Position numbers and translations under genes: made by a program
Part shown: positions 27,394-37,471 of the stretch, one piece after another
Numbering within the stretch: position 1 is the first letter of the stretch
Layout: the number at the start of each line of letters is the position of its first letter
NCBI GenBank assembly: GCA_048939765.1
Contig: JBHLPF010000015.1
Location: 1-64,000 of the forward strand
DNA length: 64,000 nucleotides
Direction: 5' to 3'
Source of the DNA: Promethearchaeota archaeon
Lineage (GTDB): Archaea > Asgardarchaeota > Thorarchaeia > Thorarchaeales > Thorarchaeaceae
Notes under the pieces: model-generated
The model's database searches: none
The model's input: only the letters and a program-made list of their open reading frames with translations
What the model was told of the DNA's origin: nothing

Positions 27394-28272
27394 ATGAGTG
27401 AACATAGTGCTAACCATTTCTATGACTTAGAGAGTTACATCATTGAGCAAGGCAACGTAGCAGATATCCTGCGGCTCATAGCAGCAGGATACAATATTGA
27501 TGATGAAATTGTGAATTCTGTGCTGAACGAAGTTGAAAGTATGCTGAACAGAGATGGAGGAGTTCCTTTTGGTCTGGAAGAAGGCAATCCCAGCTCAGTC
27601 AAAGAAACATCAGAGTTATTGCCGCTTCTTTTGAAGTTTAGGAAAACTCATGAACATCTCATTCAGAGGATGGCAGATTTCTTGGTGTCGCGTCAGAAGA
27701 AAGATGGTGGATTTGCGGAAACAATGAATCTTGACTATTTGATTGAAGATCGTTATGGAGCAAAATGGGGGAGTGAGTTCTATCCAGTAGGCAAGAGCGT
27801 CACATGGCTTACTGGAAAGGCCTTGGAAGCGTTATCATTAGCGAAGCACAACGACGAGCTCCGCTTGCGAAGGGCCCGCGATTTCCTGTTGAATTCCCAA
27901 AATGAGGATGGAAATTGGCCTGATTTCATAAACATGGGCCAATCCGATCCCTTGGCAACGGGCAACATTCTTACGGGATTGCGAGCGGCTGGAGTTGATT
28001 CTAAAGAAAGAGCCTACAGGGATGCTAGAGCGGCTCTATACCAACATCTCAAGGAGGCTCTCGAGTCCAAGTCAACTGACGATATGATTGACCTGACGGC
28101 AGTGTGCCCTGCCGAAACTGACAAAGAACGCGATGTCATTAGAGGAGCGCTAGAACTCATTATAGAAACTCAGAATCATGATGGTGGTTGGCAGCCTCTG
28201 GGTTCAAAAAAGAGTGATTCTGAATTGAGTTCCATTCTCGGTTTCGTTTTAAAGGAATGCGAGAAGTACTGA
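27394..28272 (+). CDS. Prenyltransferase/terpene cyclase alpha-alpha toroid repeat protein
   Basis: QW-like repeats NRDGG, QKKDGGF, QNEDGNW, QNHDGGW. Confidence 0.82.
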   Translation: MSEHSANHFYDLESYIIEQGNVADILRLIAAGYNIDDEIVNSVLNEVESMLNRDGGVPFGLEEGNPSSVKETSELLPLLLKFRKTHEHLIQRMADFLVSRQKKDGGFAETMNLDYLIEDRYGAKWGSEFYPVGKSVTWLTGKALEALSLAKHNDELRLRRARDFLLNSQNEDGNWPDFINMGQSDPLATGNILTGLRAAGVDSKERAYRDARAALYQHLKEALESKSTDDMIDLTAVCPAETDKERDVIRGALELIIETQNHDGGWQPLGSKKSDSELSSILGFVLKECEKY

Positions 28273-28282
28273 AGGTCTAGTC

Positions 28283-28789
28283 ATGCAAGAGAAGAGATCT
28301 GCAATTCTGCAAAGAGATGGAAAATGCATAGCTGGTGTCTTTACATCTTCAGGCCTTTTTGCCACGACAATACCCAGGAAGAGCTGCAAAGAAGCTTTGC
28401 TAGCTGTCAAGGGGAATGACTTGAAACGTAGCGAATCGAGAGAAGACCTTGAGGTACTAAATACAGTCTTTGATATTGCAGAAGGGCTCGAAGTCCCTGA
28501 TGTCGACAAGATCAAGCTAGACCTTTCTGAGATGACAGAGAAACAGCGTCAAGTAGTCATAGCGACCCTTTCAATCCCTCGTGGGGAAACCGCTACATAC
28601 GGCGAAGTTGCTAGAAAGGCTGGACTCCCTGGGGCCGCACGTTTTGTCGGAAATGTTATGGCAACCAACCGATTATACCCTCTTGTCCCGTGTCACAGAG
28701 TGATTTCGTCTTCAGGCCTTGGTGGATATGGCTTGGGCATAAAGAAAAAGATAGAACTCCTAAGGCGCGAAGGAGCATTCGCGGATTAG
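28283..28789 (+). CDS. ogt: O6-methylguanine-DNA methyltransferase
   Basis: IPRGETATYGEVA, AARFVG, active site PCHRV, LGGY. Confidence 0.93.
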   Translation: MQEKRSAILQRDGKCIAGVFTSSGLFATTIPRKSCKEALLAVKGNDLKRSESREDLEVLNTVFDIAEGLEVPDVDKIKLDLSEMTEKQRQVVIATLSIPRGETATYGEVARKAGLPGAARFVGNVMATNRLYPLVPCHRVISSSGLGGYGLGIKKKIELLRREGAFAD

Positions 28790-28859
28790 TTTCTCATAAC
28801 GTTTTAAATAGCTTCTAATAGTTCACAATGTGGGACCTATCTCTACGGAGTGTGTGTGG

Positions 28860-29333
28860 TTGAACCTAAAAGTACGCAGAGAAGATGAAACTGTAGAATT
28901 GCGCAAGGTTGAGCTTGAATCTCTAAGTCCACCACTATTTCGAACTTTTATCGGCTATAACTCTTTGAAGCGATTAGGATATTCCATATCCTTCATACGC
29001 CCCAAGAAGAGCTCCAGCGGCGATTTCGAGAGAATACGCTACAATTTCATGGAGCGAGGCGTTATGACTCGTCAACTTGAAGATGAGCTTGAGCCAGACA
29101 TGAAACGAGGGATTTTAAATCAGCTCCCACGCGGAAATTTCAGCATTGTATTGCTGCTCACTCAAGTACCTCGTCGAGGTGTAAACATCAGGCTTGACAA
29201 GTTCATGTACAACTTCCTCGGCTGCATTCTAATGCGCAACGATGAGGTGCTTGATGTTGTTATGAATACGACCCCCACAAGAGACATTCTGATGCCAATG
29301 TACGAGCAACAGGTGGAATCAGTAGAGGCCTAG
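28860..29333 (+). CDS. Hypothetical protein
   Basis: ORF of about 160 aa; start uncertain (GTG 28830 or TTG 28860). Confidence 0.65.
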   Translation: MNLKVRREDETVELRKVELESLSPPLFRTFIGYNSLKRLGYSISFIRPKKSSSGDFERIRYNFMERGVMTRQLEDELEPDMKRGILNQLPRGNFSIVLLLTQVPRRGVNIRLDKFMYNFLGCILMRNDEVLDVVMNTTPTRDILMPMYEQQVESVEA

Positions 29334-29401
29334 TTCGCGTAGTCTGCAATCAATCTTATCAGGCACCAGAGCAAGCGTGTACACGCTGTGGTGTTCAAGT
29401 C

Positions 29402-31096
29402 ATGTCACGTAGTGCCAGGGATGTGCCGAAAGAAATCGCGGCGTTTGGGCAGAGACAATTTCGAGAAACTGGGGCTTCTGCTGTCGAGGTTCTTCGCGTT
29501 AAAGCTTCAACAATGAGGAAGCATTTCTCAAAGCTAAAGGGGATTACATTTCTTGTTGCTGTCGTCAGCAAAGATCGAGTGCGTGTTTATTTCTTTAATT
29601 CCGCAGGGATTATGCTTCTTGGTGAGAACATCGAAATCGAGAAGTATGGAGGAATCCGCAAGACTTCAAAGCTTGTCGCTAGGTTTGAGAAGCCTAGGCC
29701 TCTCACCAAAGAGGAACTCAGAATCGAAGCAACAGAAGAACTTAGGCAGGATCTGTCTAGAACTCTGAAACGTGTCGTAAGATTTCTTGGAAGGAAAGAG
29801 CCTGAATTCCCGGTGATCTTTGTTACAAGAGAGGCATCCATTGGCACTAATCAAGGATTTGGGCTTTTGGCAGAAGACGACGGCACTTTGGTCTTTGAGC
29901 AGGGCATTCTTGAGTCGAAATGGCGTGATGGGCTTATAGCTCGTGCCTGTGTTCTCCAGCTTCTTGATGAAAACAAACGGAGTTTGGATTTCAGCTCGAC
30001 CATTGGAAATGCTATCGCCTTCGCTTCTCTAGATGAGCAGAAGAGAGTTGATTGGCTAGAGAAATGGAACAAGAGAGCCAATGAAACCTCGTTCGCGCCT
30101 ATTGTCAACCATTTATCTAAACATTCAGCCTCCTATTCGTGGGCTGGATTTGCGAGAATTCTAGATTTGATCGAAGGAGTTCCGGAACTGACAGAAGACA
30201 AATGGAAACTGGCGTTGAATGAGATCCATGAATCTGTCGAAGTACCGCTTGGAACGGAGGAACAACTCTCGATACAGAGTTTCTGTAAGAGTCTGTCCAA
30301 ACACAGAAAGCTAGCAGCCAAGCGTCATACTCTGGAATCAATCCATCTCGCCCCAAGAGCTTTGTGCGATCCCACCTCATTGGGCTTGATCTTATCAGTT
30401 GGTGAGGAGAGGTCGAAAGATGAGCCTTGGCTGTGGATAGAGTATATTGATGGAGCGGAACAGAAATTCCTTGCGATAACCGAAGGAGAAGAGAATCCGC
30501 TTTCGCAAATTGTGTATACACTGAATATGGAAGACATTTTTCCAAAGACAGGAGGAGTGCTAGGCAAGGGCAAAGATGTCCTCAGCTGGATTCTCAAGAC
30601 ACTCGGTGTGGAAAAAGAGAGGAACTACACATTCCAAGCCACCATCGAATTCTCGAAGAAGCAAGTGTCCGGAGCTGAGAATGCAGTTCTTGAGCGACTG
30701 ATAGGCGGGAGTCTAAGGGTTCTGTCAGATTCCCTTGTTGGATCTCCCCAAAGAATGGATGCATTGGTGAAGAGTGGTGCAGTTGCCCTTTTGCCTGATT
30801 TCAATCACATTGGCTTTGGTCCGAATCTATTGCTTCAGGGAGAATATACCCAGCTTGTTGACGTTGTTTCACACAGCATTGAATCCACTATCTTTCGAGC
30901 TGCCACACACAGCTTTGCTTTAGCTAGCGCTCCATCATCATGGAGGCGCCTAGTAATAGCCAGTGCCTCTGAAAATGAGATTGCTGTCTGGCCAGTTATC
31001 CTAGCAAGATCAATGAGAAGAATGATCCGTTCCGAGGACGTGTTCCCCAAGAGTTCTGAGATGCTATTTTGGAGTGAGGGAAGGTTCAAGAAATAA
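29402..31096 (+). CDS. Hypothetical protein
   Basis: 564-aa ORF with no motif recognised. Confidence 0.75.
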   Translation: MSRSARDVPKEIAAFGQRQFRETGASAVEVLRVKASTMRKHFSKLKGITFLVAVVSKDRVRVYFFNSAGIMLLGENIEIEKYGGIRKTSKLVARFEKPRPLTKEELRIEATEELRQDLSRTLKRVVRFLGRKEPEFPVIFVTREASIGTNQGFGLLAEDDGTLVFEQGILESKWRDGLIARACVLQLLDENKRSLDFSSTIGNAIAFASLDEQKRVDWLEKWNKRANETSFAPIVNHLSKHSASYSWAGFARILDLIEGVPELTEDKWKLALNEIHESVEVPLGTEEQLSIQSFCKSLSKHRKLAAKRHTLESIHLAPRALCDPTSLGLILSVGEERSKDEPWLWIEYIDGAEQKFLAITEGEENPLSQIVYTLNMEDIFPKTGGVLGKGKDVLSWILKTLGVEKERNYTFQATIEFSKKQVSGAENAVLERLIGGSLRVLSDSLVGSPQRMDALVKSGAVALLPDFNHIGFGPNLLLQGEYTQLVDVVSHSIESTIFRAATHSFALASAPSSWRRLVIASASENEIAVWPVILARSMRRMIRSEDVFPKSSEMLFWSEGRFKK

Positions 31097-32750
31097 CCTC
31101 TACAACTGTTCCAATCGCTCTTGTGTTTGCTTCTCGTAGCACAATCTTGTCGCCTAGCTCTATCGGTTCTGGGAATGACATGAATTCTAACCTCACTCTG
31201 GCGAAGTCGCCCACACTAAGATATTCCGCATCATAGATGTGTTTCAAGACAACTGTGTGTTGAATCGTATGGCATTGAAGGACAGGTGAATATCCCACTG
31301 AGATCCTGGTTGGATGTCTTGTGACAACGATGTTGGCTTCGAATATTCGGCAGCTCTTAATGGTGTCATCAGGGTCAGCTACGACTTGCCCTCTTCTCAC
31401 GCCATGTTTGTCTACGTCTTTGATATCAAACCCGAAGAGGTCTCCAGCACGGACAGAGCCAATTCTCTGCTTGAACATCTCAATACTGAATAGCCTTCCT
31501 TCCTGCATATCCCCATTCTCATCTGGACCGAGGATGACGCTCTGTCCCTTCTTGAACACACCTGTTCTGACTGTGCCGGTGATTACTGCATTTGTGCCTC
31601 GAATCCCGAGATAGACCTTGTCTATATATGCACGAGCAGGTCTCGTCAGGTCTACATTCTTGGAGTTTGAGGGCAACCTCCGCAACAGCTCCGTAAGAAG
31701 GGCGAGGGACTCTTTTTTAGTGGAAGCAATTTCAATCATAGGCACAACAACCCTGTGCTCTATCTCGCTCACCAAGGTGTCTATCTCATCATTACTCTTT
31801 AGAGTAACAGGTATCTTCCCAATCTCCCTGAGTGTGTTCCGGACAACTTTGTTGACGAGTACGATGTCGTTCGGATTCGTCTTATCTACTTTCGATAAGA
31901 TGACGATGAATGGGGCCTCTTGGTTTGCCATCAATATGAGGTGCTCGCGCGTGATATCATCTAGCCTTCTGAGGCCAGTCTTCCCTTCTTCACTACGAAT
32001 CAGGTTGGCTTCTTCTGGACCGGGAACCAGCACTAATCCATACTGCGCATCTGCCCCCAAGATGCTCCTTATCATTGTCTTACTATACTCCTGATGTCCA
32101 GGTGCATCAAAAAAGGTAAGGATTCTAGCTGACGCGTCTAGCACCCTGGCAGCCTCTTCCTTGTTTCTTGGATTATCTAGATGTATGGTCTTCCCATCTG
32201 TAGTGAACCCCATGAATGCTAGATGAATGTCCGCAGTCTGCCCACGTGTAATCTCCTGTGGATGAGTAAGGAGAAATGATCGTGATTTCCCTGAACCATT
32301 ATCTGGGGAACCAGTGACCAAAGAGCCAATGAGTGTCGATTTGCCCGAGTTCACTCGACCTGCCACATTGAAAGAGCAGGTTTCCTTCACTTCAAGTGCT
32401 GCTATTCTTTTGAGAAGATACTTGCCCACCATTCCTTGTTCTGTTTCAATTCGCTCCTCTTCTATTATCTCGACCTCGGCTTCTTTGCATAATTCAATGA
32501 GCACTGTTTCAGCCGTCTTAATCCTGTCTTCGGATAATCCGTATATCTCCCATGTCTTTCCAGCTAAGTCTTCAATACCGATGAGAAATATGCCTTCAAA
32601 GGGATTTTCGCATGTCATATATCTTATTCGAGTAACTAGCTTCTGACGCCGATCAGATTTGAGGTCTGCCTTCGTGAGACTCCGCTTGAATTCCATATTG
32701 CGGGCTTCTCCCTTACGAAGTATCTCTGCGATTTCCTCAACCGATGTCAT
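31086..32750 (-). CDS. GTPBP1/GP-1-like translational GTPase with N-terminal AlbA/Schlafen-like domain
   Basis: GE..NMEFK...IGIED N-domain; G1 GRVNSGKST, G2 GQT, G3 DAPGH, G4 SKVD; EF-Tu-like domains II and III. Confidence 0.88.
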   Translation of the reverse strand: MTSVEEIAEILRKGEARNMEFKRSLTKADLKSDRRQKLVTRIRYMTCENPFEGIFLIGIEDLAGKTWEIYGLSEDRIKTAETVLIELCKEAEVEIIEEERIETEQGMVGKYLLKRIAALEVKETCSFNVAGRVNSGKSTLIGSLVTGSPDNGSGKSRSFLLTHPQEITRGQTADIHLAFMGFTTDGKTIHLDNPRNKEEAARVLDASARILTFFDAPGHQEYSKTMIRSILGADAQYGLVLVPGPEEANLIRSEEGKTGLRRLDDITREHLILMANQEAPFIVILSKVDKTNPNDIVLVNKVVRNTLREIGKIPVTLKSNDEIDTLVSEIEHRVVVPMIEIASTKKESLALLTELLRRLPSNSKNVDLTRPARAYIDKVYLGIRGTNAVITGTVRTGVFKKGQSVILGPDENGDMQEGRLFSIEMFKQRIGSVRAGDLFGFDIKDVDKHGVRRGQVVADPDDTIKSCRIFEANIVVTRHPTRISVGYSPVLQCHTIQHTVVLKHIYDAEYLSVGDFARVRLEFMSFPEPIELGDKIVLREANTRAIGTVVEVIS

Positions 32751-33014
32751 TTGGGCTACATCCGAGTATCTCCTCTGTATATAGATGCGGTTATAAGCGC
32801 TAGCAAAAGATTCGTCGTTAGACTAGGGTCCGCCTTAAAGCATAATCACAGGCACCTACATCGCAGTCGCTATGTCGGATCTTGGGGCTATTTTACGGCT
32901 ACTATCGTAAGATGTGCCTAGCAATATGTGTGCTAGATATACCGAGTTCGTTAGGCAAAAGCATATCAGAGTCATAATCTGAACGACCAAAGAGTCCATC
33001 CAGAGGGTACACCA

Positions 33015-36000
33015 ATGCTCAGACACTATCTAATCCTTGGATTGTTCATTGTTTCTCTATTAGTCCCAGCGACTCCCACTGCTTCTGCTGCTGACATCAA
33101 GCCGTATTCAACTGGGCCCTCTATAGGATCTCAACTCAAGATGGAGCTTTCAAAAGGCACTGTCATCCAGGAGAGCCGTCGCACGATCCTCCAGTTCGAG
33201 CATCAATTGTCTGATCAAGAGATTGATTTTGCTGAGTCAATGGGCGTTGAGTTCGAAAGAAATAGTGGCTCCATTGTAAATGTGGGGCGAGTCTACTCAG
33301 CTCGAGCCAGCACTCTAGAATCTCTTCAAGCACTTGCTGAAATTGGACTCCTACGTGCCTCTTCCGGAGAGAAACAGTATGTTCCCTCTTTGATCTCATC
33401 CGTTCCTGCCACAAAGGCTCCCGATGTCTGGGCATATCTAAAGGAGAATGGCAACAGTATCAATGGAACAGGAATGACTGTTGCTGTAATCGATACAGGC
33501 GTCAATATGAATCATCCTAGCTTCTGGCGGCAGTCTGGAGGGCCATACCATGTCCTTGATGAATTCGATGGATATTATGTTGATGTCGATGGCGATTCAT
33601 CACCTGATGCCGATGAAGGTCCAATCAGTCATATAGACCTCCAGAGTCCCTCTACTATAGAGTGGACGAATGAGTACATGTTCATTGACATTGATGGCAA
33701 CAATGTCTTCGAGTACGATGAAGGTGATCGCTGGCTTGGTGGAATAGATGATAATACCAATGGTCGAATTGACCTACCTTCTGAGGACGTGGTCATATTC
33801 GGCGAGTCGAAAATCGCCCTTCTCTATGACCAGGAAGATGGCAATATCTATGTGAGGGGTAGCAATCTCACTACAATGGGCATTTTTGTGACCGACACTG
33901 ACGGACACGGTACACATGTGGCATCAACGATTCTTGGTGGCCAGCCTGGGTACACAAGCTACGTTGGAGTTGCTCCTGGTGCCGATCTGATTGCAATTAA
34001 GAGTCCACTGAAATCAAGTGATATATTGAACGCGATCCACTTCGCTATAGAGAATGGTGCAGATATTATCAACATGTCCTTCTCAAGTTACCTTGGCTTT
34101 CTGGATGGAACAGATATCGAAGACCTTGCAGTCACTGAGGCGTTCCTACGATATGGTGTTCTAAGCGCTATTGCGGCGGGAAACCTAGGAAATCCAATGA
34201 CAACTCCGAAGCATGCACACTTCACAGTTCCAGCTGGAGGCAACGCAAGTGCAGGTCTCACAGTTGGAACACCTCCTGATGCCTCCTTTATCAGCTTCCT
34301 ATGGAGAAGCACCGACCGAGATGAGCATGTCTTCCTCAAGACCCCAAGTGGTGCGACGATAGATACCGGAAAATTCTCAGATATAGATGGTAGCTCCTTT
34401 GTGATTGAAGAACCAGAGCTCTATGCATATGCTTTCGCAGAAACTAGTCTTCGTGGTCTGCACAACCTTCTGATTCAGGTGTCTGAGGATAATCATAACT
34501 GGACCTCAGGCACGTGGTCAGTTGGACTTGTGAATCCGACGGGAAACATGATTACCGTCGATGCCTATGCATGGGACAATAAGTGGGCTGGTCCTAATCT
34601 GAAATTCACAACCAACATCGACAACACCAGGACAATCAGTTCTCCAGGAACTGCAGACCTCGCGGTGACTGTGGGTTGTTATGATGATGGAACGAGTGGG
34701 ATTTATGGCTCATCGAGTAGAGGCCCGCGAATTGATGAAGCCAAGACTATCACGGTTGCCGCACCTGGAGTAAGCATTGAAGCAGCATTTCCAGACCTGT
34801 CCGACCTCTGGGATACACGTAGCGGCACAAGTATGGCAAGTCCTCATGTTGCTGGAATTCTAGCATTAATCAGGCAAGCCTCTCCTGAACAGAGTGCTTG
34901 GTCTGACCTCACTGCTCTTACTGCTGGTGCAGGCGGACAAGGGCTTCATTATAGCCCGGCTGATGATTCATGGGGATATGGCCCTGTAGACTCTGTTTGG
35001 TCTGTTAGACATGTCCTTAGTTCACCAATATCTTATGGGATGAGTCTTGCAGAATGGACAGGCTACAATGATATCCTGCTATCTAACACTGACCTCTCGC
35101 TTGGTGGCGACCTTGATATTATAAGCATAAAGGCACATCAAAGCACTGAGCGTTTGGTCATAGCAGCTACAATGAGATCAACTGCTGACTTCGAGGGCGA
35201 CAATGTCCTGACCCTACACTGGGACACAGATTCAGAGCTTGCGACAGGTCTCCAAGGTGCTGACATTCAAGTGAACCTTACGGGCGGAATTGCCACAGTC
35301 TACGAGTGGAATGGATCCTCTTATTCACCTGCGCCGCTGTCTGTAGACAGATGGACTGACTCACAAACAGCTTTCCTCAGCATAGAGAAGAGCAGCGGTG
35401 ATATCCGAGGTAGAATCTTTCTTTCAACCAGCAATCTTACCATGTCACCAGCGGACCAGACTGGTTTGGCTGTACTGACGAACCAATGGAGGCCATTGGT
35501 GTCATCCCTCGAAGTCGAATCGATGGATGGCATGTTCGACGTATCGATCAGAATGTCGGATAGAGATGATCCGGTCGAGTCGTTCACAATCCAATGGAGT
35601 GTCCTAAATGAGGATTATGAAGTTGTCAGCACGGATTTGGAGACTGGGCATGAGAATGCAACAGTTGAAGTCCAAGTGGATATGCCAAACTACTCTCGTC
35701 CATACTCTGTTGTCTTCAATGTGAGTGACTCGCATTACATTGGCTATTTACCGCCCGTAATGTTGGGTGTAGAGTTTACTACTCTTCGAATCTCTAGTGC
35801 ATCAATTGACCAAGAGGAAGTCCATATTGGTCCATTTCTAATCGCCCGCGTTACAGGGGAAATTGTAATAGAAGGCTACATCTTAGCTGATAGAGTCTGG
35901 GTAAGCTTCCAGCGCAGTGCTAGTGAAGGTCTCAATTTCACATTGAACGGAGCTGGAGGAATTTATCCCATTGACATAGTACCTTCATCATTCGTCGCAG

Positions 36001-36191
36001 GCGAATACGACGTTTATGCTGCCGCTTCTAGTATCACGGGGCAATCAGTAGAGTTACATATCGGCACGCTACTCATTATAGAAGACAATTCGATGATTGT
36101 CCTGCTTGCAGGAGTAGCAATTGGAGCCATTGTAATTTTGTATTATGTCCCTCGAGCAATCTCTAGAAGAAGAGGTGAGGCATCAAAATGA
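33015..36191 (+). CDS. Secreted, C-terminally anchored S8 subtilase (paralog of 21212-23881)
   Basis: Signal peptide; VIDTG, HGTHVA, AAGN, GTSMASPHVAG; C-terminal TM. Confidence 0.93.
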   Translation: MLRHYLILGLFIVSLLVPATPTASAADIKPYSTGPSIGSQLKMELSKGTVIQESRRTILQFEHQLSDQEIDFAESMGVEFERNSGSIVNVGRVYSARASTLESLQALAEIGLLRASSGEKQYVPSLISSVPATKAPDVWAYLKENGNSINGTGMTVAVIDTGVNMNHPSFWRQSGGPYHVLDEFDGYYVDVDGDSSPDADEGPISHIDLQSPSTIEWTNEYMFIDIDGNNVFEYDEGDRWLGGIDDNTNGRIDLPSEDVVIFGESKIALLYDQEDGNIYVRGSNLTTMGIFVTDTDGHGTHVASTILGGQPGYTSYVGVAPGADLIAIKSPLKSSDILNAIHFAIENGADIINMSFSSYLGFLDGTDIEDLAVTEAFLRYGVLSAIAAGNLGNPMTTPKHAHFTVPAGGNASAGLTVGTPPDASFISFLWRSTDRDEHVFLKTPSGATIDTGKFSDIDGSSFVIEEPELYAYAFAETSLRGLHNLLIQVSEDNHNWTSGTWSVGLVNPTGNMITVDAYAWDNKWAGPNLKFTTNIDNTRTISSPGTADLAVTVGCYDDGTSGIYGSSSRGPRIDEAKTITVAAPGVSIEAAFPDLSDLWDTRSGTSMASPHVAGILALIRQASPEQSAWSDLTALTAGAGGQGLHYSPADDSWGYGPVDSVWSVRHVLSSPISYGMSLAEWTGYNDILLSNTDLSLGGDLDIISIKAHQSTERLVIAATMRSTADFEGDNVLTLHWDTDSELATGLQGADIQVNLTGGIATVYEWNGSSYSPAPLSVDRWTDSQTAFLSIEKSSGDIRGRIFLSTSNLTMSPADQTGLAVLTNQWRPLVSSLEVESMDGMFDVSIRMSDRDDPVESFTIQWSVLNEDYEVVSTDLETGHENATVEVQVDMPNYSRPYSVVFNVSDSHYIGYLPPVMLGVEFTTLRISSASIDQEEVHIGPFLIARVTGEIVIEGYILADRVWVSFQRSASEGLNFTLNGAGGIYPIDIVPSSFVAGEYDVYAAASSITGQSVELHIGTLLIIEDNSMIVLLAGVAIGAIVILYYVPRAISRRRGEASK

Positions 36192-37471
36192 AAATCGTGA
36201 TCATTGGATACGGTCCTGGAGGTGTTGCGGCAGCTACAGCGGCTAAGACATTCGATCCAAGCTCGGAGATTATGATAATCACAGAGGAAACGATTCCCGC
36301 TCATAAGAAACCCGGCGCTACGTTGGCGCTTGAGCATCCTGAAACCCGTGAGCTAGAAATTCGCGATTGGTCCTACGATTCTCTCAAGAAGAGAGGGATT
36401 GAGATCAAAACGGGTGTGAAAGTTGTCGGTGGTGACTTGGATAGAAAGAGCTTGGACCTTATTTCAAGTGATGGTAAATCCTCAGTCATTCAATTCGACC
36501 GTCTGATTATCGCGACAGGTGGAGTTCCGTCTGTTCCTGATTTGCCCGGTAAAGGCCTCCTAGGAGTCTACACAATCCAGTCGATGGCCGAAACCTCTGT
36601 CATAGGCAAGGAGTTGGAGAAGGCAGACACAGTCGTTATTGTAGGTGCTGGATTCAGTGGTCTTGAAACGGCAGAACGCCTTCACAAAATGGGAAAGGAA
36701 GTCCATCTTATTATCAGGTCCCGACTAATGCGAAAACAGCTAGAAGAGGACATGAGTGAAGCCCTTTTATCGCGTATTCCTCATGGAATTGAACTACATA
36801 TTGGCTCCGCTCCCAAATCCATTATTGGTAAAGAGCGTGTAACTGGGATAGAAGTTGGAGGGGAAACAATAGACACAAGCATTGTCCTATTCATGACAGG
36901 TGTCCGTCCGAATTCCGTATTGGCGGAGAAATTTGGTCTCAAGGTGGGTGCTCTTGGTGGCATTGCCATAAACAGTCTGACTGAGACGGGCAAGGATGGA
37001 GTCTATGCAGTTGGCGACTGTGTTGAGATGATAGATTCGCTGACCGGTACTCCTCGACTAATGCCAATAGGCAGTACTGCTGCTAGGGCAGGAAGACAAG
37101 CTGGTGTAGCAGCAGTGGGAAGGGACAAAATTTACAGTGACACATCAATAATGCTGCAATATGATCGAATCTTCGGTACTGACATTGTGTGTGTCGGTCA
37201 TTCCACCACAACTGCAAAGGATGCAGGTCTTGAAACTGATGTCACGTATCTGGAAGACTCCAATGAAGCGATGAAGGTCGCCTTGGTGACTAACAAGGAA
37301 GGTCGCTTAATTGGTGGGCAAGTCCTCTCTGCAAGGATGGGTGCTCGAGTAGGCTATGAGATTCTCAATAGAGTGGAAGCTGGGTCTACTTTAGAAGAAA
37401 GACCTTTGCTCCAAAGCCGACATGAGCAAATTCTGTCTCTGATGGAGCGAACCTTTGGACCTATGAAATAG
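36188..37471 (+). CDS. FAD/NAD(P)-dependent oxidoreductase (NADH oxidase/CoA-disulfide reductase-like)
   Basis: GYGPGG FAD site, IIATG, GAGFSGLE NAD site, VYAVGDC; ATGA overlap with the upstream gene. Confidence 0.88.
   Translation: MKIVIIGYGPGGVAAATAAKTFDPSSEIMIITEETIPAHKKPGATLALEHPETRELEIRDWSYDSLKKRGIEIKTGVKVVGGDLDRKSLDLISSDGKSSVIQFDRLIIATGGVPSVPDLPGKGLLGVYTIQSMAETSVIGKELEKADTVVIVGAGFSGLETAERLHKMGKEVHLIIRSRLMRKQLEEDMSEALLSRIPHGIELHIGSAPKSIIGKERVTGIEVGGETIDTSIVLFMTGVRPNSVLAEKFGLKVGALGGIAINSLTETGKDGVYAVGDCVEMIDSLTGTPRLMPIGSTAARAGRQAGVAAVGRDKIYSDTSIMLQYDRIFGTDIVCVGHSTTTAKDAGLETDVTYLEDSNEAMKVALVTNKEGRLIGGQVLSARMGARVGYEILNRVEAGSTLEERPLLQSRHEQILSLMERTFGPMK

Noticed and set aside
32751-33014. Long intergenic region with an AGGCAC/GTGCCT inverted pair
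   Set aside because: The pairing is short and not nested; divergent promoters explain the region.
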